64,000 bases of DNA from contig CAVYLP010000006.1 in the NCBI GenBank assembly GCA_963769425.1, positions 672,001-736,000 on the forward strand, given 5' to 3'. The notes under the pieces were generated by a model. That model did not search any database, was not told where the DNA came from, and worked only from the letters and a program-made list of their open reading frames with translations. The DNA comes from Candidatus Bathyarchaeota archaeon (GTDB lineage Archaea > Thermoproteota > Bathyarchaeia > TCS64). Shown piece by piece: positions 1 through 10,699 of the stretch; position 1 is the stretch's first letter, and the number at the start of each line of letters is the position of its first letter. A program made the translations under genes and the position numbers.

Positions 1-312
1 CGCTTCGACAGGGCTTGGAGGCTCGTGCAGGAGAAACGAGTTAAGAGGTACACGTTCCATCCATCGGGGAGGGTCGTCTGGGTCGTAGTCGGGCAGGGTG
101 GTGAATATCAAATATACCCCAATGCGGGGTACTGCGGCTGCGACGACTTCTACTTCCGCGTCGTCGACGGGGAGGCGGGTCTATGCTACCACCTCCTAGG
201 CCAGAGGCTCGCCGAGGCCTTGGGGAGTTTCGACCTCATTGAGGAGGAGGACGAGGCGTACCGCCTCCTCACCGGGGAGTGGAGGGCGCAGATACGTTCC
301 GAGGAAGACTAA
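1..312 (+). CDS. SWIM zinc-finger protein (5' end probably outside window)
   Basis: CGCDDF...CYH matches the SWIM CxC-xn-CxH motif; the frame is open from base 1 (RFDRAWRLVQEKRVK). Confidence 0.75.
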   Translation, partial: RFDRAWRLVQEKRVKRYTFHPSGRVVWVVVGQGGEYQIYPNAGYCGCDDFYFRVVDGEAGLCYHLLGQRLAEALGSFDLIEEEDEAYRLLTGEWRAQIRSEED

Positions 313-346
313 ACCTAAATACTCTCGTCAATTACTCTTAGGCGAT

Positions 347-460
347 ATGGACATCAGTACGTTCTACTCGTTGTTAACTGACCTGTCGTGGATACTGGCG
401 CTGGCGGCCGCCGGCCTCGGCTTCCTCTACGTCTTCCTCAAGCCTGAGGAGAAGCAGTAA
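347..460 (+). CDS. Small single-pass membrane protein (37 aa)
   Basis: ATG at 347 gives MDISTFYSLLTDLSWILALAAAGLGFLYVFLKPEEKQ: one hydrophobic segment and a charged tail. Confidence 0.55.
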   Translation: MDISTFYSLLTDLSWILALAAAGLGFLYVFLKPEEKQ

Positions 461-465
461 ATCAC

Positions 466-472
466 TTTTATA
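466..472 (+). promoter_or_regulatory. Probable TATA box of the RPA gene
   Basis: TTTTATA about 32 bp upstream of ATG 504, which is typical archaeal spacing. Confidence 0.5.
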
Positions 473-503
473 GCGCTTACCTTAATGGTAGGACGTTAGA
501 GAC

Positions 504-2024
504 ATGTCCGCCACCGAGGATGTCATAAAGCGAATCCTTGCCGTCAAGCCGAATCTCACGAGGGAGGCAGTTGAGCGCCTGATTCAGGAGGAGAAGGCGA
601 AGGCCGCCGGCCTGCTCACGGATGAGGCCGCGGCACATCTTGTTGCGTCTAACCTCGGCATGGACGGAGCGGGTGAGCGGATCGAAGCGAAGCTCAAGAT
701 CGGGGCCCTCACCTCGGGGCTCAACGATGTAAGCCTAACGGGGAGGGTGCTTCACCTCTTCCCGTCGAGGACGTTCCAGCGGGCCGACGGGCGCCAAGGC
801 AAGGTCCTCAGGATGCTTATCGGGGACGCCACTGGTATCGTCGCTGTCGTCTTCTGGGACGACAAGGCGGACCACATTGTGGCGAGCAAGGTGACCCGGG
901 GGAAGATTATACGGGTCCTCCACGGCTACAGCCGTGAGAGGCAGGGCACCGGCGAGGTCGAGGTCAACGTGGGTAACCGCGGCACCGTCTACATGGAGCC
1001 ACTCGACGCGGTAGACTCCGAGTTCCCCCAGATGGACTCCTTCTTCAAGACACCTGGGCAGATCAGTGCAACAGGCACCGTCAACGTCGAGGGCGTCATA
1101 ATGAGTCGGTCCCCCACGTCAACATTCACCCGCAAGGACGGCACCGAGGGCAAGGTCGCCCGCCTCAGCATCGAAGAGGGGGGCAGACAGATCACAGCGG
1201 TCCTCTGGGACGAGAAGGTCGATGAGGCCGCGAAGTGGGGCGACGGCACCCGGGTACACATCATAGGCGCAAACTCCAAGGTCCGCCAGGGTGGCGGCTT
1301 CGAGGTCCACCTCAACAGGAGCAGCGAGGTAGAGGTCCTCGAGGAGGGAGTACTACCCCGCGAGCCACTCAGCCAGTGGTCTAAGATCGGTGAGCTGAGG
1401 GACGGGATGCGCAGCGTGAGCACCGCCGGCAGGGTCACGAGCGTCGGTGAACCTCGCGAGTTCACCCGCAAGGACGGGACAAAGGGTCGGGTAGCCTCGG
1501 TGGTCCTCGAGGACGAGACCGGCATCATAAGGCTCAGCCTCTGGGACGACGACGTTAACGCCCTCAACGACATGCCCGTTGGCACTGTCGTCGCCGTGGA
1601 GAACGGTTACACCCGGGCGGGCTTCGGCAACACTATCGACCTCAACGTGGGCCGCCTCGGCACCATGAAGGTCAACCCCGCCGACATCCACGTCGAGGTC
1701 ATCGACGCCGCCGAGCGCGTCACCCAGATCAAGGACCTCCAGGAGGGGCAGAAGAACGTCACAGTGGAGGGACAGCTCCTCGATGACCCGATAAGCAGGG
1801 AGGTCAACACGATGAGGGGCCCCACGAACGTGGTTAGCTTCCGCGTGGACGACGGCACCGGGGAGGCGAGGATAAGCCTCTGGAGGGAGCACGGCAAAGC
1901 CGTCGAGGGATTAACAGCCGGCGCCCGCATAAGGCTGGAGAACTGCAACATCCGCGAGCCCTTCGACGGCCTCATGCAGGTGACGAGCACCCAGTTCACG
2001 AGGATCACGGTCCTGAAGAAGTAA
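504..2024 (+). CDS. rpa: Replication protein A (multi-OB-fold ssDNA-binding protein)
   Basis: Four repeats of the OB-fold pattern (F.R.DG..G.V....D.TG.....WD) after an N-terminal GLLTDEAAAHLVA helical domain. Confidence 0.9.
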   Translation: MSATEDVIKRILAVKPNLTREAVERLIQEEKAKAAGLLTDEAAAHLVASNLGMDGAGERIEAKLKIGALTSGLNDVSLTGRVLHLFPSRTFQRADGRQGKVLRMLIGDATGIVAVVFWDDKADHIVASKVTRGKIIRVLHGYSRERQGTGEVEVNVGNRGTVYMEPLDAVDSEFPQMDSFFKTPGQISATGTVNVEGVIMSRSPTSTFTRKDGTEGKVARLSIEEGGRQITAVLWDEKVDEAAKWGDGTRVHIIGANSKVRQGGGFEVHLNRSSEVEVLEEGVLPREPLSQWSKIGELRDGMRSVSTAGRVTSVGEPREFTRKDGTKGRVASVVLEDETGIIRLSLWDDDVNALNDMPVGTVVAVENGYTRAGFGNTIDLNVGRLGTMKVNPADIHVEVIDAAERVTQIKDLQEGQKNVTVEGQLLDDPISREVNTMRGPTNVVSFRVDDGTGEARISLWREHGKAVEGLTAGARIRLENCNIREPFDGLMQVTSTQFTRITVLKK

Positions 2025-2086
2025 CAGTGAAGACCCCTTACATTCTTCGGTAATTTGTATATTCAGCTTCAGAATACTGTAAGCCA

Positions 2087-2305
2087 ATGGACCAAATCGG
2101 CACCGTCGAGGTCATCCTAATATTTAGTCTGATCATCATTCTGCCCCTGATTTACATTCGAGTCATGCGGGGCAAGGATAGCAGCCGTCAGTATCAGGAG
2201 CGACCGAGCCAGGACTGGAAGGACACCGTAGAGTATCGGCAAGGGGAAGAGTACCTCAAGGTCATGCGCCACGACAAGGAACCCGAGGAAGACGAAAAGA
2301 AATGA
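2087..2305 (+). CDS. Small membrane-anchored hypothetical protein
   Basis: N-terminal TM helix and charged C-terminus; fills an intergenic gap. Confidence 0.55.
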   Translation: MDQIGTVEVILIFSLIIILPLIYIRVMRGKDSSRQYQERPSQDWKDTVEYRQGEEYLKVMRHDKEPEEDEKK

Positions 2306-2415
2306 AATAGGCACACGTAGAGTGTGTTTTTGGGATCCTTTTCTTAATGTGGTGGCTAAGTTTTTTTCCAGCTTTCTCTGAGGTGTATCGGGCTGTGGCA
2401 GCACAAGTCACCCGG

Positions 2416-3753
2416 CTATTTCCGGGCCTTCTCCATAGTTCCGATACTCGCATCGAGGACGTCAAGGCTCTTGTCCACGAGGTCCCTCGTGATTATGAGC
2501 GGGGGCATAAGGCGTATGACGCTCTTGCCGCAGTTGACAACCGCAATCCCCTTCCGGAAGCAGTCCATCATCACGTCCTCCGTCTCCTGAGCGGCGGGGA
2601 TCTTGCTCCTCTTGTCCTTCACGAGCTCCAGCCCACACATGAGGCCGAGGCCGCGGACATCACCGACCATCGGGTGGCTCTCCTTCATCTCCTCCAGCCT
2701 CTTCATGATGTGTGCGCCCTGCTTCTGGGCGTTCTCGAGCATCTTCTCCTCCTTCATCGCCTTGATGACAGCGGAAGCAGCTGCGCAGGCGACGGGGTTT
2801 GCTCCGAAGGTGGAGGCGTGGCTACCCGGCGTCCAGTCCTGGAGATCGGCGCGGCTCGCCATAATTCCCAGCGGCAAGCCCGCGGCGATCGCCTTCGCGA
2901 TTGTGACGATGTCGGGGACCACATCGAAGTGCTCTATGGCGAACCACTTGCCGGTTCTACCCATACCCGACTGGACCTCGTCAACCGCTAGGAGGATGCC
3001 ATAGGTGTCGAGGAGCTTCTTGAGCTTCTTGAAGTAGCCCTTGGGGGGCACGACGTACCCACCCTCCCCTTGGACGGCCTCGACGATGAGCATAGCGACC
3101 TCCTCTGGGGGCACGAATTTGCTGAAGAGGTACTCCTCGATGTAGTCGACGCAGTAGTAGTCGCAACTGGGGCACTCGAGGTGGAACGGGCAGCGGTAGC
3201 AGTATGGGTAGAATAGGTGCTCGACGCCGGGGACGAGGGGCGCGAAGTATCTACGCTGCGCCGGCCTCGAAGCCGTCAGGCTAACAGCACCCATCGTCCT
3301 GCCGTGGAAGCTGCTTATGTAGGCGAGGATGTACTGGCGCTTCGTGTGCCAGCGGGCGAGCTTGATAGCCGCCTCATTCGCCTCAGCGCCGCTGTTCCCG
3401 TAGAAGAACTTCTTCTCGAACGTCCCAGGGACGATGGCGTGTAGCTGCTCTCCAAGGTCGATGTAGTTCTCGTAGAAGAAGTCGGTGTAGCTGTAGCTGA
3501 GGAACTTGTCCACCTGCTCGTGAATGGCCTTAAGCACCTTCGGGTGGCTGTGCCCCACGCCCGTGACGGCTAAACCCGCGTTCATGTCGATGAACTCGTT
3601 TCCATCAACGTCCGTGACTATGCAGCCCTTCGCCTCCTTCACGACGAGCGGATATGCCCTGCCGAAGGAGGGGGATATGTACCTCTCGTCCCTGGCGACG
3701 GCCTTCCTCGCCTTGGGACCGGGAGGCGTGACTACAATCTTCGGGTAACTCAA
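2416..3753 (-). CDS. Class III PLP aminotransferase (4-aminobutyrate/acetylornithine type)
   Basis: SGAEANEAAIK, FHGRT, DEVQSGMGRTG and TIAKAIAAGLP (PLP lysine) motifs; likely TTG start at 3753. Confidence 0.9.
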   Translation of the reverse strand: MSYPKIVVTPPGPKARKAVARDERYISPSFGRAYPLVVKEAKGCIVTDVDGNEFIDMNAGLAVTGVGHSHPKVLKAIHEQVDKFLSYSYTDFFYENYIDLGEQLHAIVPGTFEKKFFYGNSGAEANEAAIKLARWHTKRQYILAYISSFHGRTMGAVSLTASRPAQRRYFAPLVPGVEHLFYPYCYRCPFHLECPSCDYYCVDYIEEYLFSKFVPPEEVAMLIVEAVQGEGGYVVPPKGYFKKLKKLLDTYGILLAVDEVQSGMGRTGKWFAIEHFDVVPDIVTIAKAIAAGLPLGIMASRADLQDWTPGSHASTFGANPVACAAASAVIKAMKEEKMLENAQKQGAHIMKRLEEMKESHPMVGDVRGLGLMCGLELVKDKRSKIPAAQETEDVMMDCFRKGIAVVNCGKSVIRLMPPLIITRDLVDKSLDVLDASIGTMEKARK

Positions 3754-3816
3754 ACCTTTACACCCTCTTCGGGCTACAGTCTGTCCCACCTAGGATAAAA
3801 GGAATGACAGCTTGCC

Positions 3817-4095
3817 CTACCTGGGAGTAATTGCTATCTCTATCGTTGATACGTTTCCCTCTGGCTCCACCCTCGCGTCGGTGCCTATGTTTATGGACTC
3901 GATGCGGGCGTCGCGGACGAAGACCCTCCGCAGCATCTCCGCGGTGTCAACGGCGTTGGCTATGTTCCTCCCCCTCGCCCTGAGCACCACTCCGGGAACC
4001 CCCTCATTGAACAGCGTGAGGCAGGCGACGACGTAGTTCATCGTCGGCTTCGCACCGACTATGACGTAGTTGCCGCGCTCGGTGTCACCCATCAA
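3817..4095 (-). CDS. albA: Alba DNA/RNA-binding chromatin protein
   Basis: VGAKPTMNYVVA, LRARGRNIANAVDTAE and VSTIEI are Alba signature segments. Confidence 0.92.
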   Translation of the reverse strand: MMGDTERGNYVIVGAKPTMNYVVACLTLFNEGVPGVVLRARGRNIANAVDTAEMLRRVFVRDARIESINIGTDARVEPEGNVSTIEIAITPR

Positions 4096-4137
4096 GGAGG
4101 TATCCGCGTAGGGACGCGGGTGGGGATTTAAAGGTAG

Positions 4138-5914
4138 TCAGAGGAGGAGGGCCGCGGCAACCGCTGCCACGAAGCTGAGGGGAAGGGCGGTGACAGCCGT
4201 TCTGATGAAGACTCGGAAGCTCTTCTTGACCAAGTCCCTCAGGACACCGATGCCCTTCAAGCCAATGATAGATACCTCATCCAAGGCTATTCTATCGTGC
4301 GAAACCTCCGCGGGTGTAAGCACAGCACTCGTTCAATGCCTCCCCAACGTACTGCAGCACCTTATCGTGCTCCATCGCTTCCCCGGCGGGGTGGTAACCT
4401 CTATCCGTAGCACCGATGGCGTTCACGATGTGGGTGTCGGAGGACATGACCTCGGCCTCAACAAACCCGAGGGAGGCTACGTGGGTCAGGGCCTCCTCGC
4501 GGAACCCCTGTATGATGTTGTTGCTGTCGAAGACGACGTAGGCGTTCCTCCCCGCGGGTGTCTCCACGACGAGAGCGCCTATCCCGCAGGGGCCCATCCC
4601 CTCGTCGGGGCCCCAATCAGACGGCTTGACTCGTGAGAAGCCAACTTTGAACGGGCCAGCGCTCGACACTTGAGCCTTCCTCATCGCCTCCCCGGCGGCG
4701 GCGACGAGGTTTTCTGCGTCTGCGTCGCTCAGGAAGTCATCGTTGTCCAGGCAGTTGTGGGCATCCGCTATCACCGCCGTCAGTCCCAGCTTCTGAGCCG
4801 CGTCCCTGATTCTGTCCTTGACCGTGTCAGGGATGTCGTCGTGGCTCTTCGGGGCCAGTGTCAGTGTTAGGAACGCCGCCGAACCGAATATCTGGCAGGA
4901 TGCCTTCGCCCCGGAGACCTCCGCCCTCACCATGGGGGTGCAAAACCCCGACTTGGCCGGGTCAGTGGCCCAGTTTAGGGCTGAGACGACCCTCTCCATG
5001 TCCCGGCTCCTAGTCATGTCACTCTCGTGGCTCGATATGCCGTGGACGACCAGCGTCTCGCAAGGCACGCCCTCCGTTATTGCCGTGCTGAGGCAGCTGC
5101 TGCCGACGTTTCTGAAGGGGCCCGGGTGGATGTAGGGCGCCACCAGGTTCCCGATGCACCTCTCCTCCGAGTAGAATGATAACTCGTCAACCTCTAGGGT
5201 CACGGACTCTGAGATGGTTGCGAGTTGGTCCTCCAGCTGCTCGTTTTGCTGCTCCGCCCACGCGTAGACGAAGCCTCGAAACATCGGGATAATCCTGATC
5301 TGTCCTAAGCTCCACGTGCTCAGCCTGATGAGAAGTATCGCCGGGCCGACGAGAATCAAGGCGAGGACGACTAGTAGGGTCGCTGGGGGGATCTGCCAGA
5401 CCTGCGGCAGGAGCAGGTACGTCCCAACCATCATCAGGAGTGGCTGGATCCCTATCGCGACAACAGTCTTCGCGAACCCACGCGTCGAGAAAACGGAGAA
5501 GATGAGGACCCTGATGCTCACGGATGAGTAGACCGTCAGCAGGACCCCACGTAGGAGAATGTCCGGCTTGCCCGAGAATCCTGAGAATATACCAAGCAAC
5601 GTGAGGAGCATCCCACCCGCGAGGCACCAGACGAAGGAGACGATGCTTACCCTTCGCGAGTTCAGGAGGGGGTCTCCCCTGTAGAGGGTATCAGTAAGGA
5701 GATCGGACGCGATCACCGGCAGGGCGATCGCGATTACGCCGAATATTAGCCCTTGCAACAGCCCCGCGGGGCCGTACGCCAAGCCAAATGACAGTGTCCC
5801 CGCCAGCCCCATAGTGACGATGATAAAGGAGACCATCCTGAAGCGGGATGGGAACGTGAACAGGTAGGAATAGTAATCGATTATGTTCCCTATTGCTTCC
5901 CTGCTCGACGACAG
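4138..5914 (-). CDS. DUF2070-family membrane protein, with an apparent +1 frameshift near 4330
   Basis: Multi-TM N-terminus; HPGPFRNVGSS, HGISSHE, DAHN, DSNN and SDTH motifs. The C-terminal TM tail continues in ORF 4138-4323; the frame extends upstream to a CTG at 5914. Confidence 0.8.
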
Positions 5915-5975
5915 AGTTGACCCAGCCTAATTGATGGGACGTATGCTAGTTGTGGTTAAAAGTCTTTAATAGTGC

Positions 5976-6161
5976 CTAGAAGGCGAGTCCAGCGAAGAAT
6001 ATCCTCGCCACGAGGACTACGGCAATCAACACGAAGGCGCCGCCGACGACGAACTCGGGCCTAACCTTGGGGCCATTCGTCTCGTCCTGGAAGAACCTCA
6101 TAAGACCGGCGCTGCTCTGCGGCATCCCCGGTGCCTGGTCCTTCTTCTTCTTTCCACTCAT
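5976..6161 (-). CDS. secG: Preprotein translocase subunit Sec61beta (SecG)
   Basis: SSAGLMRFFQDETNGPKVRPE followed by a single TM helix. Confidence 0.9.
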   Translation of the reverse strand: MSGKKKKDQAPGMPQSSAGLMRFFQDETNGPKVRPEFVVGGAFVLIAVVLVARIFFAGLAF

Positions 6162-6201
6162 AGATGATCCACCCAGATACTGGTAATTCCCCCTAAAAGG
6201 G

Positions 6202-9200
6202 TTACTGTGCAGCCTTTCTCTCCGCCCCGCCCCGCATGAAGTCGGTTAGGCTGAACTGCTTCGACAGCTCCTCTGGGACAGCCTCTTCGACGAAGATCTG
6301 GCTGAGTTCGAGCTGGACGAGTTCGAGGCGGTCCACGTAGTATTCGTCCAAGCCGTACTTCTTCACCATGTCGAGGGCGGGTTTCAGGTACTTCTCGATG
6401 CCCCCCCTGTGGACCGTCATCTGTATGGGGCCTCCGCAGCGCTGGCACTTCCCCGCAAGCGGTGGGCGTCTGTATTTCCTGTTGCACTTTGTGCAGCGGA
6501 AGGTCTGGCTCGTGAAGGCGCGGAGGTTTCCGACTATGTCCTTCATGAAGTGGCTGTTCAGGATCTTCAGCGCGACCTGCTTCGCGTCTACCGCGCGGAG
6601 TTTCTGGGCGAGCTCAAGCTGGCTGTCGAGCTTGTCTACCATCGTGGTGAGTGTGTTGTATGCGCCGTGGAAGCTGCCCATGTTTATGTCGCTGCACTCC
6701 TCCGTGTAGCTGAAGCCCTGGAACTGCCCCTCGGTGCCCAATCTGGCCCCGATAGTGTCCACGAGGGCACCGTATTGGCCGCTCCCCGCCCCCTCGGCGC
6801 ACAGCTTGTAGAACTCTGGCGGATAGCTCTCGTTCACGTCAACGTTATGTGCCTCCTTGTCGACCTCGCTGGGGTTGAGGAGGGGGATGACGAAGAGAGG
6901 CGCATCCATCTGGCCGCCGCTCTGCTGTGGGAGGTATGTCTTGCTGAAGTTGAGGAGTGGGTCGAGGGCGAGTAGCACCGCATCCTCGTCGCCGTCGCAG
7001 TTCCTGCGCTTCGCTGCGTGCCAGAGCGGGTGGGCGTACTGGTTTCTGACCCGGGTGAAGCCAACGAGCCTCCCCGAGATCGCCGCGGAGGTATGCGGTG
7101 CGAGCCCCAGCAATAGACATCCTACGAGGTCGCCTCGGCCCTTAGCGTTGTAGAAAGGCTCCATACCGTAGAAGTCGCGGAGCTGATCGTCTAGGAACTT
7201 CGATACCTTGAGGAGGTAGTCGCCGCAGTCCTCAGGGAGGATGACATCCTGCACCTTGAGTTCGAGCATCTGTCCCGAGTCTACGAGGGGTTCCCCGTGG
7301 GTGTCCTTGGTATAACCCAGACTCTTCAGCTTCTCGATGGAGACGCCGACCTCGTCTGGCCTGAAGTGGGTGAGGGGGATGTCGGTTAGGTCGAACCTGA
7401 GGGTGCCGTCCTTGAAGACGCTGAGGTCGTACCGGGCCCTGAGGATGCCCTTGGCGATGTGCTCCGGGGTCCTGGTCTGGTTCATCAGCCTCTTCACGCA
7501 CTTGATGCGTGCCGGGAGCTGGCCGCCGATCATCTTGCGGGCGCTCTCGAGTTCATCCTTGAGGTCTACCTCGACTGAGGCGTATGATACTATCTCGGAG
7601 TGGCACTGCGGGCAGCGCTCCCCCTCGAACCTGAGGCCGCAGCGGCTGCACCTGCGTATCTCCTTCGTCTCGCCGCCGCAGTTCACGCAGACGGCTGCGG
7701 GCCCGATCTCGCCGCAGTCGAGGCACTGGCGCTGGCTGAGCTCGACCCTGATGGTCTTCCCCTTCTCCGCCTTGAGTATATCGCGCTGTGGCCCCCCCGC
7801 CTCGCCGACGGGGTAGAGGCTGTGGACGTACGGGGCCATCCTGCGCTCCTTCGCCTTCTCCGGGCGGCCCATGCGGGCCCCGACGAAGGCCCCCGCCTTC
7901 TCCCTGACGGGGAAGCCTGCGAGGTAGTTCACGACCTCCAGCGGCTTCTCTCCCTTGATCTCGGTGTACCGCTGGTCGAGGCCGAGGGTTTTGGCTAGTA
8001 CGCGGGCGTCCTCACCGAGGTCTAGGCGGCCACCCCTGACCTTGTGGGGGAGTAGTAGATTCTCGAGAGCTACCTTCAACTCGGGTATGTTTGGGTACTC
8101 GGTGGAGTCGGGGCTGTACTCGGTGGCAAGGATGTTCCTGAGGTTTATGACCTCGTCGCGGGTGAGGCTTGACCAGTGGTAGTTCCATCGTGGGTGGATG
8201 GGTACGTCGATTGCGGTTAGAGCGAGAGCCTCGTCAACCGTCGGTCTGTGGAGGGGGCTCGCCTTCAGGTACTCGATCCTCTCGGGGAGGAGCCCCGTGA
8301 GGTTGGCCGACGCGTCGTCCCCGATGCGACGGAGGGCCGCCCTGAGGTCCTGCACGTACTGGTTCTCATCGTACCCAGTGGGGAGGAGGGCCTTGTTGTT
8401 CTGTATGAAGTCCCCCGCGTTGCTGAGGTAGTCGCCGAGGAAGATTATCCTCTCGACGCTTGGGAGGAGGCGGTCAGCCTCGGACTCGGTCTCGACACGC
8501 TGGACGGAGCCGTCCCTTAGCCTTACCACCGGTGGCTCTATCGAGTCGACGGGGCATGTGGCAGCGGATTTACCAGGCAGCTCGGTGCGCATCTGGACAC
8601 CGGTTACGAGGAACTTGTTGAGTATGATCATGGCGGCGGGATGGACGCCGCTTGCGGCGAGGCCCGTGTTCCTCGCTCGCCCGTAGCGAAGGCGGAACCC
8701 GCCGACGGCTCCGGGAAAGCTGAAGACGGGGCGCCCAACGATTATCTCTTCCATGAAAGCGGCGGTGGGCTCCTTCGCCTCCCCCTCTCCCTTCTTCTTC
8801 CTACCCATCTTGAGGAGCCACTCCCAGCCGGTGACCCCAAGCTTGTCGCAGGCGCCGTGAAGCTTCCGGGCGCGGCCAACTACCCCGTCCACGACGACGA
8901 TTAGTGCTCCTCCGCGGAGCCTGTTAGTCTCTATCCCGGCGACGTCTCGGTAGTTACTCACCTCGAACTGGTCTGTTGCGACACCTGTAGCCTCGACGGG
9001 TATCTGGCGTATGGCCGCCTCGAGATCCTCGTCGGTGACGTGGTACTGAAAGCGGCGGACGGTGCGCTCGTAGAGTCGGACCTCTTCGACGAAGCGCTGG
9101 ACCTGGTTCTCGCTTGGCTGATATTTCTCTAGGCCGAGCTTCTTCCTGACATGATCAGCAACAACGAGTGTCATTGCCTGGGCGGTGCCGCCCGCGGGGC

Positions 9201-9639
9201 GGATGGGGCCAGCGAAGTAGAGGCTGAGGTACTGGGTGCGATCCGGGTTGACTTTGATTACTATTTTAGGCAGGCCCTCGATTGGGGCTACGGTGACGCC
9301 CTCAGTCATGATGGCGAGGGCTGTGCGGATCGCCTGGTCGGCCGCTTGCTGTTTCTCGAAGGCTCCGAATCGGCCGAGGGTGATCTCCTCTGCTATCTTG
9401 AAGGCCATTTCTCTGCGGTCCATGCCCTCGAGTTCCCTCATGCGGGCGGTGAGGCCGGGGGGGCCAAGCATCTTCTCAACGCGCTCCGCGATGTCGTGTG
9501 TGATCTGCGCCTCGACCTCCCTGCTCGCGTCGAAACCCTTCGCCCGGGCGGCGCCGGCGACCTCGTAGAGCTTTGCCAGTTTCGCCTCTAGCTCGTCGAA
9601 GTATGCCCTGTTTTCCGGCGTCATGCGGAGCTGGCTCAA
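6202..9639 (-). CDS. polC: DNA polymerase D large subunit DP2
   Basis: YFAGPIR..GGT, GGFRLRYGRARNTG, GARMGRPEKA, catalytic RRNCDGDED and C-terminal Zn finger; no intein insertion. Confidence 0.97.
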   Translation of the reverse strand: MSQLRMTPENRAYFDELEAKLAKLYEVAGAARAKGFDASREVEAQITHDIAERVEKMLGPPGLTARMRELEGMDRREMAFKIAEEITLGRFGAFEKQQAADQAIRTALAIMTEGVTVAPIEGLPKIVIKVNPDRTQYLSLYFAGPIRPAGGTAQAMTLVVADHVRKKLGLEKYQPSENQVQRFVEEVRLYERTVRRFQYHVTDEDLEAAIRQIPVEATGVATDQFEVSNYRDVAGIETNRLRGGALIVVVDGVVGRARKLHGACDKLGVTGWEWLLKMGRKKKGEGEAKEPTAAFMEEIIVGRPVFSFPGAVGGFRLRYGRARNTGLAASGVHPAAMIILNKFLVTGVQMRTELPGKSAATCPVDSIEPPVVRLRDGSVQRVETESEADRLLPSVERIIFLGDYLSNAGDFIQNNKALLPTGYDENQYVQDLRAALRRIGDDASANLTGLLPERIEYLKASPLHRPTVDEALALTAIDVPIHPRWNYHWSSLTRDEVINLRNILATEYSPDSTEYPNIPELKVALENLLLPHKVRGGRLDLGEDARVLAKTLGLDQRYTEIKGEKPLEVVNYLAGFPVREKAGAFVGARMGRPEKAKERRMAPYVHSLYPVGEAGGPQRDILKAEKGKTIRVELSQRQCLDCGEIGPAAVCVNCGGETKEIRRCSRCGLRFEGERCPQCHSEIVSYASVEVDLKDELESARKMIGGQLPARIKCVKRLMNQTRTPEHIAKGILRARYDLSVFKDGTLRFDLTDIPLTHFRPDEVGVSIEKLKSLGYTKDTHGEPLVDSGQMLELKVQDVILPEDCGDYLLKVSKFLDDQLRDFYGMEPFYNAKGRGDLVGCLLLGLAPHTSAAISGRLVGFTRVRNQYAHPLWHAAKRRNCDGDEDAVLLALDPLLNFSKTYLPQQSGGQMDAPLFVIPLLNPSEVDKEAHNVDVNESYPPEFYKLCAEGAGSGQYGALVDTIGARLGTEGQFQGFSYTEECSDINMGSFHGAYNTLTTMVDKLDSQLELAQKLRAVDAKQVALKILNSHFMKDIVGNLRAFTSQTFRCTKCNRKYRRPPLAGKCQRCGGPIQMTVHRGGIEKYLKPALDMVKKYGLDEYYVDRLELVQLELSQIFVEEAVPEELSKQFSLTDFMRGGAERKAAQ

Positions 9640-9669
9640 ATCAAAAGGGTATGGTGCGGAGGTGGATAA

Positions 9670-10422
9670 TTAGGCTTGGGCCCGGAGTGCGGAGGTTATC
9701 TCGCGTATGCGCTCCGTGACCTTCATCTCCTCCTCGACGAGGGTTCCGGTGACGATTATCTGGGCGCCCGCCATCTTCGCGGCGACTGCTGCCCTCGCGT
9801 CCCTGATCCCACCGCCGACGATTAGGGTGCCCTTGCAGTACTTGCGTACCGCGCCGATCATCTGTGGGTACACGGGCTGGGGCGCGCCGGAGCCCGCCTC
9901 AAGGTAGATGTAACGCATGCCGAGTAGTTCGGCAGCGGACGCGTAGGCGACGGCCAGTTCGGGGCGGTCGTATGGGACGACGCGTGCCTGTCCGACGTAG
10001 CCCGCTGCTCCGCCGTAGCCGACGATAATATAGCCCATTGGCATCGTCTCTAGCCCGAGCTTCTTCACCATAGGGGCTCCGATGGCCTGGCTGTCTATGA
10101 GGTAGTAGGTGTTGGAGCTGTTGAGTAGGCTCATGAACCAGATGGCGTCGGCAGCGCCGGTAATGCTGGCGATGTTGTTGGGGAAGATGATGACTGGGAG
10201 CTTGACGGCTGCCTTGATCCTCTTGACGGTGTCCTCCATTTCGACTCCCGAGGCCACGGTGCTCCCGCCCACCATTATGGCGGCGGTTCCGCCTGCCTCC
10301 GCGTCCTTGGCGATGGCGGCGCAGTTATAACCCGACTTCTTCTCGGGGTCGAGGAGGGTCATATGTATGCAGCCCTCCGCCTTGATGCGGTCCTGGATCA
10401 GCTGCTCTACGCAGTTAGGCAA
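9670..10422 (-). CDS. Geranylgeranylglyceryl phosphate synthase
   Basis: HMTLLDPEK, IMVGGS, YLEAGSGA, VGGGIR and IIVTGT motifs. Confidence 0.93.
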   Translation of the reverse strand: MPNCVEQLIQDRIKAEGCIHMTLLDPEKKSGYNCAAIAKDAEAGGTAAIMVGGSTVASGVEMEDTVKRIKAAVKLPVIIFPNNIASITGAADAIWFMSLLNSSNTYYLIDSQAIGAPMVKKLGLETMPMGYIIVGYGGAAGYVGQARVVPYDRPELAVAYASAAELLGMRYIYLEAGSGAPQPVYPQMIGAVRKYCKGTLIVGGGIRDARAAVAAKMAGAQIIVTGTLVEEEMKVTERIREITSALRAQA

Positions 10423-10666
10423 CCTTCTGCGTCGCCCCCTCCTCGTAGTACTTGTCGACGAACGTGCTGTATGCGTCGACGGGGGCCGTGTTGGGCTCTA
10501 TGGTTATGCGTCCATGTAGGCCGCAGGCGCTGCAGCGTATGCCGGCGAGGTTGTTCTTGGGGTCGATTGTGACTTTTATGGAGTTCTTGGCGCAGTTGGG
10601 GCAGAGGAACAGCTCGGGCAGAGTCTTCCTTATGATTTTTTCTTCCTTCTTCCTTCTTCTTCCCAT
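10415..10666 (-). CDS. elf1: Transcription elongation factor Elf1
   Basis: MGRRRKK basic N-terminus, F.CP.C...C..CG zinc ribbon and PVDAYS.FVD. Confidence 0.9.
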   Translation of the reverse strand: MGRRRKKEEKIIRKTLPELFLCPNCAKNSIKVTIDPKNNLAGIRCSACGLHGRITIEPNTAPVDAYSTFVDKYYEEGATQKVA

Positions 10667-10699
10667 GGACGTGTCTCCTTTAAGCGTTAACGTAGGGGC

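Noticed and set aside
6202-9639. Intein in PolD DP2
   Set aside because: Motifs are contiguous around RRNCDGDED and the length is normal for an intein-free DP2.
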